Assembly (NCBI GenBank): GCA_038087875.1
Contig: CM075992.1
Span: 2,234,001 to 2,298,000, forward strand
Origin: Malacoraja senta
Lineage: Eukaryota
DNA length: 64,000 nt
Reading direction: 5' to 3'
Shown: positions 1 through 10,775 of the stretch, one piece after another
Layout: every line of letters begins with the position of its first letter
Numbering within the stretch: position 1 is the first letter of the stretch
Notes under the pieces: model-generated
What the model was told of the DNA's origin: nothing
Seen by the model: only the letters and a program-made list of their open reading frames with translations
Database searches by the model: none
Translations under genes and position numbers: made by a program

Positions 1-230
1 TGTGTGGGGTGTGGTTAGTGTGCATGTGAAGCCACAGCCCCCCCCCCCCCGCAACCACACGTTGAGGGGACGGACCCAGCGGTCTCCCCTCCCTCCCCTC
101 TACCCACCCCGTCTCCCCCTCCACCCCCCCGTGTGTGTGGGGGGTGGTTAGTGTGCGTGTGAAGCCGCAGTGCCCCCCCCCGCAACCGCGTGTTGGGGGA
201 ACAGACCCAGCGGGTCTGCACTTGGTCTAG
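1..230 (+). mobile_element. 3' end of a Helitron-like non-autonomous element (5' part outside the window)
   Basis: Hairpin CAGACCC-agc-GGGTCTG at 202-218, then an 8-nt spacer and terminal CTAG (227-230) followed by T. This is the canonical Helitron 3' end. An imperfect internal duplication is present (about 1-85 vs about 135-216). Confidence 0.6.
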
Positions 231-1132
231 TATGTTATATAAACTGACCATTGACCGGAAGTGCAATCACTGCTTTGTATTCCATCCCCTTTCTTTTGAA
301 ATGATTGAGACGGCACCATTTCCAAGCCTGTGGCGACCAATTGTCCACTTGACCATCATGGCACAGTGCCATCTCTTATCCATTGCCCCAAGGTAGAAAG
401 CCCGTGTCCTCTGACAGGCTGTGTTGCTGCTTGCATGTTAGGAGTTGTGTGTAGGAAGCTGCTGTGCATACAGATTTTGTTAAATATTGCCATAACTCTG
501 AAGTAAAGGCCTCTGAACAAATTACAGGAGCCCTTTCTCCAGCAGCTCAAGGAGTCTGGCATTCTGGGGAATCTGGCTTGGAAGGACAGGGCAAGAAACT
601 GAAAATCCTTGAAATACCACTCATTAATCTGTCTTTCCTTGGTCCATTAATCATGTATTAATGAGTTGGGGGTTGGTAATGAACCTTGAGATACAGACAT
701 GCTGACTGTGATACCTGTTGTCTATCCTCTAAGTGCTGAAAAGCATTTTTAAATCGGATCCTTTTGAAAGTTGCTTCCGCTTTGCACCTGCGATCTGCTT
801 CTTGTCAGCGTAGGCTGTCTGTTTCCCTCTAAGATGAACAAAGATAACAGGGTTCATGACATCACAATTTGTTAAGACATTATCTCTCTGGATTGAAAAT
901 CACTAAATGTCAGTTTCAGTGGAAATGAAATCTTTGATCTTTTATTCCATTACACTTAAAACCTACTGAGGTCTCGTGTTATTTTGCAGTCTTTCCTCTT
1001 GCATTTTACGTCACACCTGTTAATCAGTCAACTTGGGTGTCGTATCCAGACTGAGGGGGAAGTTTCCCCAGTGGAAATATTTTCTTCAGACACAACCCAA
1101 TACCCAGTGGGCTTAAAACGACGGCACTAAAC

Positions 1133-1386
1133 TGCGTAAGAAGGAACTGCAGATGCTGGTTTAAACCGAAGATAGACACAAAATGCTGGAGTAACTCAGC
1201 GGGACAGGCAGCATCTCTGGAGAGAAGGAATGGGTGACCTTTCAGGTCGAGACCCTTCTTCAGAAGTCTGAAGAGACCCTTCTTCAGAAGTCTGAAGAAG
1301 GGTCTCAACCCTAAACATCACCCATTCCTTCTCTCCAGAGATGCTGCCTGTCCCGCTGAGTTACTCCAGCATTTTGTGTCTATCTT
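1133..1386. mobile_element. Penelope-derived palindromic (fold-back) non-autonomous element
   Basis: Inverted arms GAAGATAGACACAAAATGCTGGAGTAACTCAGCGGG...CCCGCTGAGTTACTCCAGCATTTTGTGTCTATCTTC. Flanked by direct repeat CGGCACTAAAC (1122-1132 and 1387-1397). Same motif family as the terminus of the GIY-YIG element at 43400-44172. Confidence 0.8.
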
Positions 1387-2092
1387 CGGCACTAAACACT
1401 CATTAGTTTGAAACTATTTTCATTAAAGAGCCCATAGAGATGGAGAATTTCACACACTGCTGATGTGGTTAATGGTATTTTTGCTGCTTAGGTGTCTGCG
1501 CGTGTGCGTGCGTTCTTGGGGATAGGTTTTAGACTGCATCTTAAAGCAGAGAAAGAGCTAGTGAGGGAGATGCAGGGCTTAAGGTCTCAGCATGATAAAG
1601 CAGGGCAACTAAAAGTAATTAACAGTATTAAATTCAGGGTGATCAAGGGACCAGAATTGGAATTCAGTGGTCTTAGAGAGTGGGAATCACAGGTAAAGGA
1701 AGGGATTTGAAAACAATGCCATTTTCAAAACAAGGCATTGAATAACTAAGAGCCCATGTAGGTCAGCAGGCATGTTAAGACTGGGGGAGTAGAGGTTTGG
1801 ACTGTCTCGTATTTTGGGAGAGTGCATCTGATTAATGTTTTGAGAAAATACTAAGGAGGGGAAAGGAAGTCAGTATTGAGGGTGAAGAAGATGCTGGAGA
1901 CGATGAGAAGAAAAACATTCCTATCAGAGAGCCTAAGAGGGTACACAGCCCATCAATTAATTCATTTGCCTATTACCATGGAATTATCAGTGTTACAACA
2001 TCCTGAGGACAAATTCCTCAAATAATTTCATCACACATTGCTGATAGCTAAACAAAGGATTTCATATCGCCACAATCCAGAAGGACTGTCCC

Positions 2093-2580
2093 TTGATGGT
2101 GGTGATGGTGATGATGATGGTGATGGTGATGGTGATGGTGATGGTGGTGATGGTGATGGTGATGGTGATGGTGATGGTGATGGTGATGGTGGTGATGGTG
2201 ATGGTGATGGTGATGGTGATGGTGATGGTGATGGTGATGGTGATGGTGATGATGGTGATGGTGATGGTGATGGTGATGGTGATGATGATGGTGATGATGA
2301 TGGTGATGATGATGGTGATGGTGATGGTGATGGTGATGGTGGTGATGGTGATGGTGATGGTGATGGTGATGATGGTGATGGTGGTGATGGTGATGGTGGT
2401 GATGGTGATGGTGGTGATGGTGATGGTGATGGTGGTGGTGATGATGGTGGTGATGATGGTGATGGTGATGGTGATGGTGATGGTGATGGTGGTGATGATG
2501 GTGATGGTGATGGTGATGATGGTGATGGTGATGGTGATGGTGGTGATGGTGATGGTGATGGTGATGGTGATGATGATGAT
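2093..2580. repeat. Compound (GAT/GGT)n microsatellite, about 490 bp
   Basis: Directly visible. It produces the spurious poly-His, poly-GD and poly-MV ORFs. Confidence 0.98.
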
Positions 2581-2680
2581 ACTTTATTGTCACTTGTACC
2601 TAGCTAGGTACAGTGAAATTCTTTGTTTTTGCATACAAAGTACAGAAAAGAGTCACCATAAAGGCGGCGACAAAGTTACT
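2581..2680 (-). mobile_element. 3' stub of a LINE-type element whose simple-repeat tail is the adjacent microsatellite
   Basis: Minus strand reads ...GAATTTCACTGTACCTAGCTAGGTACAAGTGACAATAAAG then (ATC/ACC)n. The same ...GTGACAATAAA terminus recurs at about 27070, 51155 (-), 52710 and 58360. Confidence 0.55.
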
Positions 2681-2971
2681 TATGTACTTATCCCTTCAGC
2701 CCACATTGAAGGAGCAATCACTGTTCCAGGAGAGGGATTTGAGTTTTGAAGCAGACTCTTGTTTGTAGAGCCAATCTCTTACCGGCTCTGGTTCACTTGC
2801 ACCATCCACTCCTCCCATGAATAAAATAGAAATAGATGGGCCACAGGGATGGAGAAACCCGGAGAGCTTGGCATTCAAAGGGACAACAGGTTCTCTTGAC
2901 ACTGCAGGGATTTATTTACAGAGTTTGCTGAGATTTCAGATAGACTGACAACGTACAACCTTTAATGATAA

Positions 2972-3222
2972 ACCCAGAGTTGTGAATCTCACCCAGAGAC
3001 TTATGAATCTGTGGAATTCTCCACCACAGACGGCAGTGGTGGTCAATTCACTGGACGTTTTCCAGAGAGATTTAGATTTAGCTCTTAGGGAATCAAGGGA
3101 TATGGGGAAAAAGCAGGAATGGGGTACTGATTTTGGATGATCAGCCATGATCATATTGAATGGTGATGCTGGCTCGAAGGGCTGAATGGCCTACTCCTGC
3201 ACCTATTTTCTATGTTTCTATG
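2972..3222 (+). mobile_element. CR1 (HER1-like) LINE 3' fragment
   Basis: GTTGTGAATCT...GGAATTC...GGATATGGGGAAAAAGCAGGAATGGGGTACTGA and a TTTCTATG tail, matching the longer copies at 44545 and 52021. Confidence 0.85.
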
Positions 3223-3439
3223 ATCAGCTCCATCCCTGCTCAGCCCATTCCATTCCCAGTCACCCAGCACCCTCTCCATCTTTCAGTTGTTCCACTGGAA
3301 ATCCCAACAGACAGTTTTCCACATGGCTGGGAGCTGGGCTCCATGTGAATGGAATCCTTGCCAGGGCTGGAGCTGCACTGCTGCCAAATGTTTTGTTTGA
3401 AGTCATGAACGAGGGGGCGCTGTCCTGTGCATGGCTGCC

Positions 3440-4260
3440 CAGTCAGCAGCTGTCTGTCTCTTCATCTTTTTATTTTTATTTTAGTTAGTTAAGTGTTTTG
3501 TTTGGAGGTCTAGACTTTTTTATGTGGGGGGGTGGGTGGGGGGGGGGGGAACTACCTTTCAGGGTCCCTATCTGGTCGGAGAGGCAGCTTTTCTCCGGGC
3601 TGCAGCTTCGACCCGTCCTCGCGGCCTACCAGCGGGGCCTGGAGCGGCGTTTCCTGTCGGGGACCGCCCAGAACCTCGGCTTCGGCGGCGGCACAGCGCT
3701 GGAGCGCTATCGCGGAGCGGGCGATGCCTTGCCCGGGTCGTCGCGCTGGAGCTCCGGTGAGCTGAGGATCGCTGGGGGAAAACATCGCGGAGCTACGGGA
3801 CTGTGGAGCGACCAGCTGCGGGCGGCGGCGCTGAACTTTACATCGGGAGCCTGGGATCTCTAGATGAGATCGCCAGTTGTGGAGCTCCAACCGGCGCGGC
3901 CTTGTTGGCTTCGGAAGCTGCGGCCTCCAGTGCGGAAGCGGCCGTTCCAGGGTTCCCAGACCGCTGGGAGGACTCTCCCGACGCTGGAGCAACATCACCC
4001 GGCAAGAACGGCCTGGAACATCGGGCCTCCGTAGAGGCCTCAATGGGCCCGACTATGGGTGAACTAGGGTTGGGGACTGGACTTTGTGCCTTCCCTCATG
4101 GTGGGAGCCATTGTGGGGGATGTTCTTTGTGTTTAAGACTCTTATTGGTGTTATGTGTGTATTCTCTTTTTTTTGTGTGCTGCAAAATGGCAAGAAGCAT
4201 TTCACTTTACTACACCTGGGTGTATGTGAATGTGACAAATAAAATACCTTTGACCTTTGA
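3440..4260 (+). mobile_element. CpG-rich non-autonomous retroelement with a LINE-type tail
   Basis: CpG-dense core at about 3560-4060 with no recognisable protein. Ends in GTGACAAATAAAA followed by CCTTTGACCTTTGA, resembling other retro-tails in the window. Confidence 0.5.
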
Positions 4261-4360
4261 ACAAGGCAATGTTACTCTGTAAATAAATCACAAAACACAG
4301 AGCTGTGGTTCCACCAAGTAAGGGGACTGTCAGGAAATTCCCAGGTTTAATTGCTGGCCT

Positions 4361-4587
4361 AAGATAAACACAAAATGCTGGAGTAACTCAGCGGGTCAGG
4401 CAGCATCTCTGGAGAAAATGAATAGGTGATGTTTCGGGTCGAGACCCTTCTTCAGTCTGAAGAAGGGTCTCGACCTGAAATGTCACATATTCATTTTCTC
4501 CAAAGATGCTGCCTGTCCCGCTGAGTTACTCCAGCATTTTGTGTTTATCTTCGGTTTAAACCAGCATCTGCAGTTCCTTTGTACACA
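4361..4587. mobile_element. Penelope-derived palindromic element
   Basis: About 95-bp inverted arms centred on CTTCAG-T-CTGAAG (about 4456). Flanking duplication TTTAATTGCTGGCCT at 4346-4360 and 4588-4602. Confidence 0.85.
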
Positions 4588-4794
4588 TTTAATTGCTGGC
4601 CTGTACTGCTGATGAGGCTGAGTCTGAAACTCACAGCCCCTGGGGGAAGAAGACCACTAAAATGTGCACCTCTGCATCCAGTAACTTGTTAGAAAATCGA
4701 CTGGGTCCATCCATTAGGGTTGAGGCACAAACTGTCTCCTATTCATGGAACCTGTCATACCAGAACCTGGATGATCTCTGGATCATCGGAGGCT

Positions 4795-5640
4795 AATGAG
4801 AGAACTGTTAGAAGTTTATAAAATTATGAGAGGCATAGATTAGTTAGGCAGTCAGAATATTTTTCTCAGGATGGAAATATCAAATACTAGAGGATCTAAT
4901 AGGGGGGGAGGTCAGAGGGAAAGTTGAAACTTGTATGGTACAAGTTTTAATTTACAGAGTGGTAGGAGCTTGGAATGTGCTGCCATTGTTAGTGGTGGAA
5001 GCAGATGTGATATTGATGTTTAAGAGGTTTTAGCTAGGCACATGAATATGCAGGGAATGGCGAAATATGGATCATATGAAGGCAGAAGGGATTAGCTTAA
5101 TTTGGCATAATGTTTGGCACCTGCATTGTGGGCTTCAGGGCCTATTCCTGGCCTGTACTGTTCTATGTTCACCTCCCCCCCCCCAATTCAGCAAGGACAT
5201 GGCTAACTGGACCGATGCCTGGGAATGAGTTGTGAGGAAAGATTGTAGAGTCCAGACCTTGCTAGATTTTGGAACAGTGAGATGTGACGTTTGAAACATC
5301 CTGCAGGGTCTTGATAGGTTGGATGTGAAGAGGATGTTTCCTCTTGGGGGACAATCTACACCCAGGGGTCAGTGATTACAAATAAGCAGTTGCTCATTTA
5401 AGGCAGGGATGCGATGGATTTTATTCTCTCTGATAATCTGAGTTTTAGGAATTCTCTTCTTCAAAAGGTGGTGGAAGTAGGGACATTGATAACCAAAAGG
5501 ATATGGGGGCAGGGGAGATGGGTAGAGAGGAATGCAGAGTCATGGTTATAGTTCAATTAGTCATAACCTCATTGTGTAGAGGAGCCAGCTTGAGGGCTGA
5601 ATAGCCTACTCCTATTCCTAAGTGGTATGTTTACATGATC
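4795..5640 (+). mobile_element. Two old, decayed CR1 LINE 3' fragments
   Basis: Degenerate versions of the CR1 C-terminal coding and 3' UTR motifs (TATAAAATTATGAGAGGCATAG..., GGGCCTATTCCTG..CTGTACTGTTCTATG; GGGCTGAATAGCCTACTCCT). Confidence 0.6.
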
Positions 5641-6220
5641 TTCTTCCTCAACCCCATTGTTTGTGCCCTATCCCAATAGCGTTTGATTTACTTAAACGCC
5701 AGAAATCCTTCAATTGCTTTTTGAACGTCTCCACAGCCCTTCGGGACAGTAACAAAGATTCACAACTTCCAAATGAAGATATGTCTTCTTAATGCTAAGA
5801 TTAATCCCGCCTAATTACGAAAATGCGATGCTTGGTTCCAGTTCTTGCAATTTTAGAGTGTATATTTTCTGTGATTCTAAACCCGACTCAACCGTACGAC
5901 TAAGTAACAAAACTAAGTGACAAGAATTTGGTGCAAACCAGTCCCCAGTGTCCTGGCCCTGTGTTCACCCAGTAGCAGTTTGTGCATCCAGCAGTATATG
6001 GTGCAGTTTCCAGCGTGCGTCGTGTTACATGTGCTATTGGTGATCCGTGTCTGCACCCTGTGTTCAGGTCTGTGTCCAGCCATGGGCCAGAATATAGGTG
6101 CAGTGAGTCCTCACTGTGTCTCCACAGTCCCCAATCCTGCCTCTATCACCAACAAGTGATCAGCATCTGGGCCCCGCCTTCACTTAGTAATCCGTGTCTG
6201 GGCCCTGAAGGTCATGAGGG

Positions 6221-6833
6221 TCATCCCAGGGACCTTAAATGGGAGGCCACCATCAACTCCACAGTCAAAAAGGCCCAACAGAGGATGTACTTCCTGTGGA
6301 AGCTGAGAAAACACAATCTGCCACAGGCAATGATGGTCCAGTTTTATACTGCCATCATAGAGCCTGTCCTCACCTTCTCCATCATGGTTTGGTTTGTCTC
6401 AGCCACCAAGCACGACATCTGAAGGCTGCAGCGAATCGTCCGATCAGCCGAGAAGGTTGTTGGCTGCAACCTTCCCGCCCCCTCCCCCCCCCAATTCACA
6501 AACTGTACACTGCAAGGGCCAGGAAGCGAGCGGGTAATATAATCTCAGACCCCTCTCACCCTGGCCACAAACTCTTTGAATCACTTCTCTGGAAGGCGAC
6601 AGCCAGACATAAAAAACAGCTTTTTTTCCCACGTGCAGTAGCTCTACTCAACAGCCAAAAGTCTGTAGCCTCCTTTTGCTCTGGTATTTTATTTCATTCT
6701 TCACGTGTTTAAATTATAATGTTTTTATTTTTAATTTGACTACTGTATATCGTGTTGTTACTTGTTAGCAAAGCACAAGGCAAATTCCTTATATGTATAC
6801 ATATTTGGCTAATACAATTTATTCAATTCAATT
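6221..6833 (+). mobile_element. Rex1/Babar LINE 3' fragment
   Basis: Translation DLKWEATINSTVKKAQQRMYFLWKLRKHNLPQAMMVQFYTAIIEPVLTFSIMVWF...ARKRAGNIISDPSHPGHKLF is typical of the Rex1 C-terminus. Ends in an ATTCAATTCA tail. Confidence 0.85.
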
Positions 6834-7404
6834 AAACTTGGCCCCTTCTCTTTGCTGGAAAGAGCTGGTAAAAAATGACACTGGGGTAAATAGGCCCTTT
6901 AAATCTATTCTGCCATTGAAGATAATGGTTGACATCAGATCAAGCAACTTATTGCTGCTTTGGGGGAGCTGATGCTTCCTGATGTTGCACCCACATATTC
7001 TCTAGGTTTTCAGCCGACACACTCTGAAAGATGTTATCAAACACAATTTGTCATGTCTTTCTTTCTCGGCTATTTCTCACTGCACTCTGAGCGACTACCT
7101 TTCATGTCCTGCATTAAACAGCTTGTCTTTTCAGAGAGACAGACACACACACACACACACGTTCACTCAGTTTGCAGGCATGTCTTATCACGCTCAACAT
7201 CACGCTGAAGAAGCAAAGGAGAAAAATGTAGTTGGAAGGCCACCTCTCACGACCAATGTTAAATCGGCCAACTTGAAGCTCATTCACCCTCCAGTTGCAC
7301 AGCAAGACTGCAAATATTCCCCTCTCTTATGATTTCTGAGTTTCTCAGTATAGCAGTTCATAGACCCCAAGCCACAAACCATGCTGGGAGATTTTTAGAA
7401 AAAG

Positions 7405-7410
7405 TTTATT
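7405..7410 (-). terminator. Candidate S1PR2 polyadenylation signal (implied 3' UTR about 2.1 kb)
   Basis: AATAAA on the minus strand, followed about 25 nt later by a GT-rich element (TGGTTTGTGGCTTGGGGT). An alternative AATAAA lies at 9289-9294. Confidence 0.5.
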
Positions 7411-7802
7411 TTTCATTCATTTAATTTTCAATGAACAGATCCGAATAGGATCTCGTACCGTTTACTATTCTATGTTTTGACATTTTATACATTGTTACAT
7501 ATACATTAAACATTCGGTATTTAATACTGCCTTCAGCTGTAGTGTTGCCACTTTAACATTGAAACTGCACAACAACCTATTGGTTCACCTTTGTCGCAAG
7601 GGACAGTCCACCCAAATGGTCATGGATGTTCCACCTAATTCATTCCTATTAATCTCCTAAAAGGAAAGCATCACCATGGGGAATACATCAGGTGGTATCC
7701 GACTTGCCACTGGGATTTTTCCTGAAGCCAAGCGACGGCAAGACTAATTAAAACACTAGACTTTGTTTCTGTTTTCACTCGAGGAAATTGAGGCCACATC
7801 TC

Positions 7803-7945
7803 GGGGTGGAAGATTGCAACCTTCACGTGGTCGGCCCTGTTTCGACTAATGCAATCAACTCGACGTGCACAAACGGAAGATCAAATAGAACAAGTTGTCC
7901 AACAACTTTAGGCTGTGCACGCCACACAAAAGAAGAAGAAGAAGA
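7803..7945 (+). mobile_element. Short 5'-truncated retroelement with (AAG)n tail and 12-bp TSD
   Basis: AGGCCACATCTC at 7791-7802 and 7946-7957 flanks 143 bp that end in AAGAAGAAGAAG. Confidence 0.8.
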
Positions 7946-9516
7946 AGGCCACATCTCTTCTTTCAGCTTTTACACTTGCACTTTAAAAAAAATACAAAGC
8001 CATTTCCAACATGTGGAAAATGTGCACGTTTCCCCAACGTTGGGGGCAGGAGGTGGGGAAGGAGGGAGACCAGGGATTGGGGCCAGGGTTTTCTCCGGGA
8101 TAGATACTTTGATTTGGGGTCTGCCTCCACAGAAACGGTTAAATGTCGAGTCGAGTACAGGCTGCACTGAGTCATGGAGCTGTGCTGAGGTTGGAAGGCT
8201 CCACAGGCCTGTTCCAGAGGCTGATCAATCAGCAAGAGCTCATGGACAATAACTACTAAATGGGCCAATATAAAATAATGGTTCAGTTGGAGAAACCTTG
8301 ACAGAGTAAGTCAGAGGGATCCTAGCAGCAGATTGAGGCTAAGCCAAAGCACTGTAAAAAAAAAAACATGTTTCTAATGGGCATGTGTCGAGTTTAAAAT
8401 AAACATCTTTGATCTTCACGTATCTCAGATCTAATTCAATGAGTCAGTCGTTCTGTTACCAAGGTGATGGGCTCAATAAGGTTCAGTGACTAACCTGTCA
8501 CAGAGGATATGGTTTAGTTCATTTATGGTCTGTGGATGTTGTTGGCATTTATGACCCATCTCCAGTTGCCTTCAGGAAGGTGGCAATGAGTCTCCCTTAA
8601 GACCTGCTGTAGTCTGTCGTAAACAAGCTGGCACGCGGCATTGAATAAGGAGTTCCCGGGCTTAGGCCTAGCAATAAAGATTGTCACCATTTATAATGAT
8701 CCGGGGTAACCATAATCCGTAAGAAACGCTACTTTTAGGATAGTCACTGGAGAGTACCATCCCACTTCTGGGATTGGAGGATGCCAATACCTGTATACCT
8801 GTTATACCTGTATCGCCCATCAGGTTCTGGGTACTGGGACTGCTGTCTCCATGAGCATTTACCATGGATCAGGAATGGGCTGGAGCTGGGGAGGGGGTAG
8901 TCTCAGAGTCAGGAACTGTGCATTAGGTTGCGAGTGCGTTTCTCTCAGAGTCTGCTTTTCTCAGAGTCAGGAACCGCGTAAGGGGACTGGGAGTTCTCTC
9001 CGGGATGATGGGTCTTGTTTGAATGGCATGTGCTTTTGTTACTGCCCCAACGCAATAACATTTACTTTCCTCTCTTCTGCAACACACCATTAATGCATGA
9101 GGCCTCCTGATGACCTCCAGCCCTTTGGTTAAGATCACAGAGCTTCGAGATGTTGAGGTCAAGCAATGCCAGTCATTAGCTGGAGAAATACGTTGGCAAC
9201 ATGCTCTCGCCAGGTTGCAGAGTCTTGGCATACTCTTGAATCCTGTTATTCCTGAAGAGGCTAAATGTCCTCTTGGCAAGGTTATTAATTTATTTTTGGC
9301 TGGTGGCAAATGGGTTCCAGGGCATCAGAAAATAAACCCCACTGGTCAGCTGATGTGGTTGGTTTGGCTGCTATCCAGCTTGTTCCCCCATGCCAGAGAG
9401 ATGGCTGGCATGGGCATTGACCAAGGCCAAGTGTGGAGAGCTAGTGGGGGGAACGCATGTGTCGATTGTGCCCATGACCTTGATCTTCACCACCTAGCCC
9501 TTGGCAACCACGGGCA

Positions 9517-10602
9517 TCACACGAAGGTTGTACATTCTGGCATTATTGGCGAGTCTAGTGCCTCGTGCTTGTGGTAAGATCGATCCAAGGTACTGGGGTG
9601 GTGAAGGGTGACGAAGCAAGTGTCCATCCGTGCCTTTTTGTCCATCAGCGAGCTGCAGCAGAGAATGTGCAGGAACGCCCTGCGCATGTCCCTGCTCCTC
9701 AGGGTGTAGATGATGGGGTTCATGGCAGAGTTGAGGATGGCCAAGCCCAGAAAATACTCGGCTTTGTACAGAATCTTGCACTCGGTCCCCTTGTAGGCAA
9801 AGTCCAGCAGCAAGATGATGAAGGTGGGCGCCCAGCACACGATGAACACTCCGAGGACGATGGTCACGGTCTTCAACAAGGCCAAGGTCTGAGGGGCCGC
9901 CGTTTCACAGTGGCTCGATCGCACAATCAGGTAAATCCGCACATACAGAATGACGATGGACAGCAGGATGATGCTCAGGAGGGTGATGCAGAATAGAATG
10001 TAGTTCTTAGAGAAGAGCGGGAGCACGGTGGAGCAGCCACTCTGGTGACACATGCAGTTCCAGCCCATGATGGGCAACCCGCCCAGCAGCACGGAGGCAA
10101 TCCAACAGCTCCCGATCAGCAGGCACATCCGACTGTTCTTGTCGCTACTGTACAGTTTGACTTTCACAATGGCGGCGTGCCTCTCGATAGCGATGGCCAG
10201 GAGACTGAGGACTGAGGCCGACAGCACGATGAACATGGTGCCCTCTCGGAAAAACCACTGCAGCGGAGTCAGAGTCATGGTCCATGCACCCGAGAAGGCA
10301 AGGTTGAAGATGTAAGTGAGGCCCGCAAACAGGTCGGACAGCGCCAAGTTGCCGATGAAGTAGAACATGGCCGAGTGGAACTTCTTGTATCTACAGATGG
10401 CCACCAGAACCAACAGGTTTTCAAGGATGATAAAGGAACACAGGATCATGAAGATGACAGACACCTCAGTCACATCGAATGAATCATACTTGGGGTCCGG
10501 ATACTTACTAGTCAGGTTATAATAATATTTGATCAACTCCTTGTCGTAATAATTGCTGATGGAGCCCACGGGCGCCATGCAGGGTGTATCGTTCTCATTC
10601 AT
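9517..10602 (-). CDS. S1PR2: Sphingosine-1-phosphate receptor 2 (class A GPCR, 361 aa, single coding exon)
   Basis: Seven hydrophobic segments and EDG-family motifs ENLLVL, KFHSAM, LTPLQWFFREG (S1P-binding R3.28/E3.29), AIAIERH, GWNC...CSTVLP, CWAP, NPIIY. S1PR2-type segments VKLYSSDK and RSSH...AAPQTLALLKTVTIVLGVF. Also an N-glycosylation sequon NLT, a palmitoylation-type CC and a PDZ-like C-terminus TTFV. Confidence 0.95.
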   Translation of the reverse strand: MNENDTPCMAPVGSISNYYDKELIKYYYNLTSKYPDPKYDSFDVTEVSVIFMILCSFIILENLLVLVAICRYKKFHSAMFYFIGNLALSDLFAGLTYIFNLAFSGAWTMTLTPLQWFFREGTMFIVLSASVLSLLAIAIERHAAIVKVKLYSSDKNSRMCLLIGSCWIASVLLGGLPIMGWNCMCHQSGCSTVLPLFSKNYILFCITLLSIILLSIVILYVRIYLIVRSSHCETAAPQTLALLKTVTIVLGVFIVCWAPTFIILLLDFAYKGTECKILYKAEYFLGLAILNSAMNPIIYTLRSRDMRRAFLHILCCSSLMDKKARMDTCFVTLHHPSTLDRSYHKHEALDSPIMPECTTFV

Positions 10603-10744
10603 TTCTACAGAAGTCTCTGACAGCTATAGGTAGTTGATTCCCTCGAGGGCATAATGGGTCCCGCGATGCAATCCCACTGTCAGCCGGAGACACAATTCCA
10701 AAGTGTAATCTTCACGTAGACATGCCATTGTCATTTCCAGTCAT

Positions 10745-10775
10745 CTGCAAGGTCAACAAAAGGCCGATCATTAAC
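10745..10775 (-). other. Candidate splice acceptor of the S1PR2 coding exon
   Basis: Minus strand reads GTTAAT (branch-like)...CCTTTTGTTGACCTTGCAG|ATGA. S1P receptor genes typically have a 5' UTR intron before the single coding exon. A weaker alternative AG lies at 10605. Confidence 0.6.

Noticed and set aside
2038..2749. Poly-His, poly-GD and poly-MV ORFs
   Set aside because: These are translations of a trinucleotide microsatellite; there is no gene context.
3498..4282. Cluster of overlapping ORFs on both strands
   Set aside because: Stop-codon scarcity in GC-rich sequence explains them; no protein similarity was recognised.
9565..10315. Plus-strand ORFs overlapping S1PR2
   Set aside because: These are antisense shadows of a GC3-rich coding sequence with no recognisable domain.
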